From: an uncultured Gemmatimonadales bacterium
GTDB lineage: Bacteria; Gemmatimonadota; Gemmatimonadetes; Longimicrobiales; Gaopeijiaceae
Length of the DNA stretch: 64,000 bases
Direction of reading: 5' to 3'
Assembly: GCA_963823035.1 (NCBI GenBank)
Contig: CAWGKG010000014.1
Location: 352,001-416,000 of the forward strand
Both the position numbers and the translations under genes were made by a program. The notes under the pieces were generated by a model. It was not told the origin of the DNA, did no database searches, and saw nothing but the letters and a program-made list of their open reading frames with translations. Numbering within the stretch: the stretch's first letter is position 1; every line of letters starts with the position of its first letter. Positions 57,621-64,000 of this stretch are shown piece by piece.

Positions 57621-58992
57621 GCCCTGCGCCGCGACGCCCCGTCGTCTACAAGTTCGGCGGCAGCTCCGTCGCGGACGGCGAAAGCATCCGCCACGTGGCG
57701 AGGTTGGTGGCCGAGGGACCGGAATCCCTGGTGGTGGTCGTGTCCGCGCTCCGGCGGCGTGACCGATCTCCTGATCGATCTCGTGCGCGGGCAGGATGCG
57801 AAGGGGAAGACCGGCTTCGGGGAGCTGCGCGCGCGCCACCTGGAGGTCGCGGAGGCGCTCGGGCTCGCCGGGCGGTGAGGTCAAGACGTTGAGGTCGGCG
57901 CTGCTCACGCGCCTCGGTCGGCTACAGCGAGACCTCGCGGACGCGACCCGTGACCGGCGGGTCCGCGATGACGCCGTCCTGGCCACCGGCGAAGACCTCG
58001 TGGTGCTCCTCGTCGCCGCCGCGGTTCATGCGACCGGACGGGAGGTCGCGCTGGTCGACGCGCGCACGTTGGTTCTCACCGACGACCGTTTCGGCGCCGG
58101 CGTGCCCGACGCGGGGGCGCTCTCGCACCTCGCCGAGGAGCACCTCCTTCCTCTCCTGGACGCGGGGGTGGTAGCCGTGGTGCAGGGCTTCGTCGGCTCG
58201 ACGGCGGACGGGCGCACGACCACACTCGGGCGCGGGGGCGGCGACTACACGGCGGCCCTTCTCGGGGGGGCGCTCTCCGCCGAGACCGTGCACATCTGGA
58301 CGGACGTGGTCGGCCTGATGAGCGGCGATCCCCGCGACGTGGACGCACCCACGCTCCTCGCCGAGATCGGCTTCGAGGAGGCCGTCGAGCTCGCGTGGGC
58401 GGGTGCCCGCGTGATCCATCCCGTCGCAGCCAAGTGGGCCGTGGCACGGGGCGTGCCGCTGCGCATCCGGAGCACCTTCGAGCCGGACTGCCTCGGCACC
58501 CTGCTGCGCCACGACCTGCGAGGCGGCAAGGAGATCGCGGCGGTGACCTCCAAGACGGGCGTGGCGCTCATGAAGGTGCGCTCGCACCCGTCCGCGCTGC
58601 CGTACGGCTTTCTCGCGCGCGTCTTCGAAGTCATGGCGCGCCACCGCCTCGACGTCGACCTCGTGGCCACGAGCCACTCGTCCACGGCCTTCACCATCGA
58701 CGAATCTGCCCGGCTCGAAGCCGTGGCCGCCGAGCTCGAGGCGTTCGCCGAGGTCGAGGTGCGCCGGGACCTGACCACCGTGACCGTCGTCGGCCGCGGG
58801 ATGCTGGCCGAGCCCGGAATGGACGCCCTCGTGTTCTGGACCGTCGAACGGACGCCCGTCCACCTCATCACCCAGGCATCGGACGTGAGCCTGAGCTTCG
58901 TGGTCGACGCCGCCGCGGCGCCCTCTCTGGTGCGAAAGCTGCACCACGCCCTCATCGAGCTCCGTGCCGACGCGGCGAGGAGGAGCGCATGA
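57617..58992 (+). CDS. lysC: Aspartate kinase (frameshifts near 57755-57875)
   Basis: VYKFGGSSVAD; VVVVSA; TTTLGRGGGDYTA; WTDVVG; ACT domains. Confidence 0.92.
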
Positions 58993-59762
58993 GGATCGCG
59001 CTGCTCGGCAGCGGGCGCATGGGCACGGAGGTGCACGCCGCGGCCACGGCCGCGGGCCACACGGTGGTGGCCAGCCTCGACCGGGCGGCCATGGACGTGC
59101 CCGACCAGGAGTTGGCCGCGCGGCTGTCCGACGCCGAGGTCGCCGTGGACTTCTCGGTGGCGCAGCAGGTACCTCGCAGCGTGCGCGCGGCCGTGCTGGC
59201 CGGTGTCGACCTCGTGGTCGGAACCACGGGGTGGGCCGCGGACGAGGTGGATCTCACCGCGATCCGGCGGGCCGGGCACGGCGTGGTGTACGCGAGCAAC
59301 TTCAGCGTCGGCATCCACGTCTTCCTGCGCCTCGCCCGGGAGGCGGCGCGCCTGGCCGCGGCGGCCGGGGGCTACGACGTCCACGTCGAGGAAGTCCACC
59401 ACCGACACAAGCGCGACCACCCGAGCGGCACGGCCATCCGGGTGGCCGAGACCTTGCTCGGAGAGATCGGCGCGAAGGTGCGGTGGGCACCCGGTCCGCC
59501 CGACGGGCCGAGCGATCCGTCCGTCCTGTACGTGACGAGCGTGCGGGCGGGGGAGGTGCCGGGAACGCACGTGATCGGCCTCGAGGGCGAGGACGATCGC
59601 ATGGAGCTGCGCCACGAGGCGCGCAGCCGCGCAGGTTTCGCCCAGGGCGCGGTGCGGTCGGCGGAGTGGATCCACGGCCGAGCAGGTGTGCACACGTTCG
59701 AGGAGGTGGTCGCGGACCTCCTGGACGCGCGAACGAAGCAGGGGGGGAGGATGCCATCATGA
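58989..59762 (+). CDS. dapB: 4-hydroxy-tetrahydrodipicolinate reductase
   Basis: GSGRMG; VVGTTG; SNFSVG; EVHHRHKRDHPSGTA; HEARSRAGFAQGA. Confidence 0.95.
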   Translation: MRIALLGSGRMGTEVHAAATAAGHTVVASLDRAAMDVPDQELAARLSDAEVAVDFSVAQQVPRSVRAAVLAGVDLVVGTTGWAADEVDLTAIRRAGHGVVYASNFSVGIHVFLRLAREAARLAAAAGGYDVHVEEVHHRHKRDHPSGTAIRVAETLLGEIGAKVRWAPGPPDGPSDPSVLYVTSVRAGEVPGTHVIGLEGEDDRMELRHEARSRAGFAQGAVRSAEWIHGRAGVHTFEEVVADLLDARTKQGGRMPS

Positions 59763-60692
59763 GCGGTAGAGAGAGGTTCAGGGGCACCGGGGTCGCGCTC
59801 GTGACGCCGTTCAAGGAGGACGGAGCGCTCGATCTCGACGCCTACGCCCTCCACGTCGAACGGATGGTCAGCGGGGGCGTGGAGGTGCTCGTGCCGTGCG
59901 GGACCACGGGCGAGAGCGTCACGTTGAGTCCGCGCGAGCAGCGGCTCGTCATCGAGACCGCCGTCCAGGTGGCGGGGCAGCGGGCCTCCGTGATGGCGGG
60001 CGCCGGAACGAACGACACGCGGGAGGCGGTGGCGCTGGCCGTGGCGGCGAGGGAGGCCGGGGCGGACGCCATCCTCTCGGTCTGCCCCTACTACAACAAG
60101 CCGCCCCAGGAGGGGCTCTACCGCCACTTCAAGACGGTGGCGGACGCGGCGGAGATCCCCGTCTTCCTCTACAACGTCCCCGGACGCACCTCGGTGAACC
60201 TCCTGCCCGACACGACGCTGCGGCTCGCGGAGATCCCCAACGTGGCGGGCATCAAGGAAGCGTCCGGCAACCTCGAGCAGGTGGCCTCCATCCTCGCGCG
60301 CAGGCCCGACGACTTCCTGGTGCTGTCGGGAGACGACGAGCTGACGCTGCGCCATGCTCGCGCTCGGCGCCGACGGGCTCGTGTCCGTGGTGGCCAACGA
60401 AGCGCCCCGCGACATCTCGGACATGGTGCGGCTCGGGCTCGACGGTGACTTCGCGCGAGCGCGAATGCTGCACTTCCAGCTGCTGGATCTGATGCGGGCG
60501 AACTTCGCCGAGACCAATCCGGTGCCCGTGAAGAAGGGGGTCGAGCTGCTCGGTGGGGCGCCGGCCCGCTACCGGTCGCCGTTGGTGCCTCCGTCCGAAG
60601 CCACGGAGATGCGCCTCGTACGGGCGCTCGCCAAGGCCCGCCTCCTGACCGACGCGGACGGCCATGCCGGCATGGAGGCCGCGTGGGCGTGA
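59759..60692 (+). CDS. dapA: 4-hydroxy-tetrahydrodipicolinate synthase (frameshift near 60350)
   Basis: ALVTPF; CGTTGES; PYYNKP; YNVPGRT; GIKEASG; SGDD; ETNPVPVK. Confidence 0.95.
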
Positions 60693-61577
60693 AGCTCCAG
60701 CCCCTGCGCGAGGCGATCGAGCGGCTCACTGCGAGCCGCGACGGGGCGACCGACGCCCGCGGGGACCGCGAGGAAGCGCGCGCCGCGGTGGCCATGCTCC
60801 TGCGACGCGCTCGGCGACGGCACCGTGCGCGCCGCCGAGCGGGCGCCCGACGGCTGGCACGCCGTGCCCTGGGTCAAGTCGGGAATCCTGCTCGCGTTCA
60901 GGCTCGGGGAGACGCGCGCGTACGAGCCCCACGTACCGGGAGCGAACGAGGCCTTCGGCGGCAGCACGTTCCGCTTCGCCGACCGTGACACGCTCCCGCT
61001 GCGCGAGACCGACGGCCCGGCGGAGAACGTGCGCATCGTCCCGGGCGGCACCTCGGTGCGTGCCGGTGCCTACCTCGGGCCCGGCGTCGTGATCATGCCG
61101 CCCGCGTTCGTCAACATCGGCGCCTACGTGGACGAAGGCACGATGATCGACTCGCACGCCCTGGTGGGTTCGTGCGCGCAGGTCGGGAAGCGCGTGCATC
61201 TCAGCGCCGGAGCCCAACTCGGCGGCGTGCTGGAGCCCGTGGGGCTACGTCCCGTCATCATCGAGGACGAGGCCATGATCGGGGGCAACACGGGCGTGTT
61301 CGAAGGCACCCTCGTGGGCCGGCGCGCCGTGATCGCCCCGGGGGTGCAGCTCACTGCCTCCACGACCGTCTACGACCTCGTGCGCTCCTCGACCTACCGG
61401 GCGCAGGCGGGCGAGCCGCTGACGATCCCCGAAGGGGCGGTCGTGGTGCCCGGCTCCCGTCCCGCGCGCGGGGCGTTCGCCGAGGAGCTCGGGCTCTCGG
61501 TGTACACGCCCGTGATCGTCAAGTACCGCGACGAGCGGACGGACGCGGCGACGGCGCTGGAGGACGCGCTCCGGTAG
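60689..61577 (+). CDS. dapD: Tetrahydrodipicolinate N-succinyltransferase (frameshift near 60800)
   Basis: [53 protein letters not shown]. Confidence 0.94.
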
Positions 61578-61982
61578 GTGCGCGCTTCGATCGGGCTTCG
61601 GACCGTCACGTTCGTGAGGTCCATCGGTCTCCTTCACGTCCATGTCCACCACCGAGCCCTGCGCCACCGTGAGGGGCTGCGTGACGAAGCTCTCACCCGA
61701 TCCCATGGCCTCGACCGAGAAGCGCAGGTCGGTGCGGTTGAACGTGGGCGGAACGACGAAGTCGGCGTCACGGCTCGTCTCGACCGTGCCCAGGCGGATG
61801 TCCTGGCCACCCGTGAGCGCGCGCACCGTCAAGGCGCTGTAGTTGTGGTTGGTCACGTGGAGCACGATCTCGTCGGCCTTCGGGGACACTTCGTCCGAGT
61901 AGGGCTGGGCGTTCCCCGTCGCGCAGGCCGTGGTGGTGGTAAGCGCGAGCGCCGTGATCGCGCCGGTGACGATCCGTCTCAT
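61578..61982 (-). CDS. Small lipoprotein of unknown function (3' end uncertain, probable frameshift near 61630)
   Basis: RBS GAAGGAGG; MRRIVTGAITALALTTTTAC lipobox; LHVTNHNY..RLGTVET beta-rich body. Confidence 0.7.
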
Positions 61983-62066
61983 GGGTCCTCCTTCATGGCC
62001 GCGGCCATGTCGACGTGCGGATTCCGCGGTCGTTCCCGCCGGAGCGCCGCACAGCATCGAGGGAGT

Positions 62067-62082
62067 TGCAAGGACCGGTCCA
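62067..62082 (-). promoter_or_regulatory. Putative sigma54 promoter of the lipoprotein gene
   Basis: Minus strand TGGACCGGTCCTTGCA = GG-N10-GC. Confidence 0.6.
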
Positions 62083-62215
62083 GAAGCCGATCACCAGCCG
62101 GCAGAAGGGTTTTCTGGCCTCACGGGGACAGGTGGACCGTGCTGTCGATTGCACGGCGGAGGCGCTCGCGTTGCACGGTGGCGACGAGGGCGGGCGCCCC
62201 GGTGGGGCGTGCCGC

Positions 62216-63157
62216 TCACTCCATCCAGCGACCGGGCTCACGGAACACCTCGTGGCGGTGCCAGGCGAGGAAGGCCGCCTCGGGCTGCTGGGCGGGCCGG
62301 CGGGGCACGCGCAGCGCGTGGCCGTGGAAGCGTGTGATCCACTGCTCGGTCGCTTCCGAGCCGTGGAGCTCTTCGGACACCATCACCCGCCGGTCCTCGG
62401 TGACCGTGAACGCGCCCCGATCGAACAGCTTGTGGTGCAGGCTGCAGAGCGCCAGGCCGTTGCTCACGCTCGCGGGACCGCCGGCCTGATGCCACCGGAT
62501 GTGGGCGGCTTCCAGCCCCACGAGCGCGTCACCCATGCGGGCGTCGAAGGCGCAAACGGCGCACCGGCGCTCGTAGGCGCGCAGCACGTCCGCTTGGAAC
62601 CTGGGATCGCGACGTGAGGGCGGCACCCCCAGCGAGGGGTCCAGCCCGACGGCCGCCATGATCTCCGCGTGGAGCGTGTCCGGGAAGTGCGCCTCCAGCA
62701 GATCGCCCGCCACGTCGCGCAGGAGCGACGGGTCGGCCACCAACGCGTCGAAGAGCTCCTCGGTGAGCCCACAGGCGACGTGGTTGTCGCGGAGCCATCG
62801 CTTGGTCGGCTCGGACGACTTCCGCTTCCGCACGCGCGCGGGCTCACCGCCCGGCACCTCCCACACGCCGTCGTTGCGCAGGTACCAGAAGGGATGGACC
62901 GGGTCGTACTTCGCGCGCGGCGGCGCGAACTCGCGGAAGAGCTCGAGCAGGTCCTTGTCCAGGCGCTCGTACTCGATCAGACGCGGCCCGCCGTCGGCGT
63001 ATCGGCCCAGCGCGTACAGGAGCAGCAACGGCTTGCACGGGTCCCGTTCGCCTTCCCGCTCCCAGACGCCGAGGTCGCGGAAGCGCGCGCGGAGGTCGGC
63101 TTCGGGTGTGACCGCGTTCCGATCCGGTTGCGGTCCCTTCGGTTCGTGCGTCGGCAT
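62216..63157 (-). CDS. SBD-HNH endonuclease (phosphorothioated-DNA-dependent restriction enzyme family)
   Basis: W...PCKPLLLLYALGR; PFWYLRNDGVWEV; HFPDTLH; RDPRF..VLRAYERRCAVC; LEAAHIRW..GG..NGLALCSLHHKLFDRG. Confidence 0.88.
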   Translation of the reverse strand: MPTHEPKGPQPDRNAVTPEADLRARFRDLGVWEREGERDPCKPLLLLYALGRYADGGPRLIEYERLDKDLLELFREFAPPRAKYDPVHPFWYLRNDGVWEVPGGEPARVRKRKSSEPTKRWLRDNHVACGLTEELFDALVADPSLLRDVAGDLLEAHFPDTLHAEIMAAVGLDPSLGVPPSRRDPRFQADVLRAYERRCAVCAFDARMGDALVGLEAAHIRWHQAGGPASVSNGLALCSLHHKLFDRGAFTVTEDRRVMVSEELHGSEATEQWITRFHGHALRVPRRPAQQPEAAFLAWHRHEVFREPGRWME

Positions 63158-63272
63158 GCGTCAATATCGCGGCAGGGGGACCGCGCCGCTGCCGGTAGCT
63201 GGCCGGAGCCTCCTCCGGCCCCTACCCTGGCGGGATCCCGGATCGCCGGCGCGTCACCGTCCAGGAGCCCCC

Positions 63273-64000
63273 ATGCCCCGCACGAACGTCACGACCTCCC
63301 GGGCCGCCCTCTTCGCGGCGGCGCTCGCGCTCTGCGCTCCGCGTGCGGGGGCCCAGCCCGTTCCCACACCTGCCGAGGCCGTCCTCTCCGGCCTCGGGTG
63401 GCGCTACGTCGGCCCGGCCATCGCCGGCGGGCGGGTCACGGACATCGAGGTCGTGCCGGGCGACGCGGAGACGCGCCACATCGGCAAGGTCGTCGTGCAT
63501 CCGACCGATCCGCGCACGGTGTGGGTCGGGCCACCTGGACCGAAGTGTCCGGCAACGTGCCGGGCCTGCCCGGCCCGACGTTCGTGATCGGCGTGGAGGC
63601 CTCGGCTGCGAGGCCCGGGCGGGCCTACGTCGCCTTCGACGGCCACTGGGACGACGACTACCGCCCGTGGCTCTTCGTCACCGAGGACTTCGGCGCGTCG
63701 TGGCGCAGCCTGACCGCGAACCTCGAGTCCGCGACGGTGAACGTGGTGCGTGAGCATCCGCACAACCCCGACCTCCTCTTCGTCGGTGCGGAGGACGGCG
63801 TGTTCGTCTCCACCGACCGCGGGAGCACGTGGAGCCGCCTGAACAACGACATGCCGCGCGCTCCGGTCGACGACCTGGAGATCCATCCGCGCGACAACGA
63901 CCTCGTGGCCGGCACGCACGGTCGCGGCATCTGGATCATGGACGACATCTCGGCGCTGTCGGGCCTGGGCAGGGTCGCCGCGAGCGGGGGGAGCGGCTTC
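63273..64000 (+). pseudogene. Internally deleted VPS10/BNR-repeat glycosyl-hydrolase-like gene (runs off the window)
   Basis: Signal peptide + WRYVGPAIAGGRVTDI, jump to ETRHIGKVVVHP, then out-of-frame jump to C-terminal propeller motifs (AYVAFDGH; TEDFGASW; LVAGTHGRGIWIMDD). Confidence 0.65.

Overview
A GC-rich (roughly 70% by eye) diderm bacterial chromosomal segment. Gene content (multiple PadR/ADOP permease pairs, DUF5916, VPS10-like propellers, tamB-tamA) suggests Gemmatimonadota; this is an inference, not a taxonomic test. At least a dozen genes, including essential ones, carry 1-nt frameshifts, which looks like long-read indel error and creates several false fusions in the ORF track. 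Housekeeping genes: lhgO, ffh, type-2 valS, purA, pilT, trpS, suhB, hsp20 and asd-lysC-dapB-dapA-dapD. No rRNA, tRNA, CRISPR array or IS element was recognised. Most notable: (1) a CutF/DUF2946-like leader ORF (signal/TM segment, CxxHC, His/Met-rich, C-terminal SPPPRG) whose stop codon is followed by a hairpin that sequesters the SD of a translationally coupled, uncharacterised operon (beta-barrel, His-motif membrane protein, FMN-bind-like periplasmic protein). (2) Four ATPase-less ADOP permease/PadR modules, each with its own palindromic operator; three share an ECF-type CAAC-N17-CGTC promoter with a DUF4097 gene. (3) A PepSY/DUF5916, two-component, TolC/RND/YncE/PAP2 locus whose three promoters share a repeat motif. 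(4) Five sigma54-type promoters. (5) A terminator-like hairpin inside the purA leader. (6) An SBD-HNH phosphorothioate-type nuclease with an altered sulfur-pocket motif.
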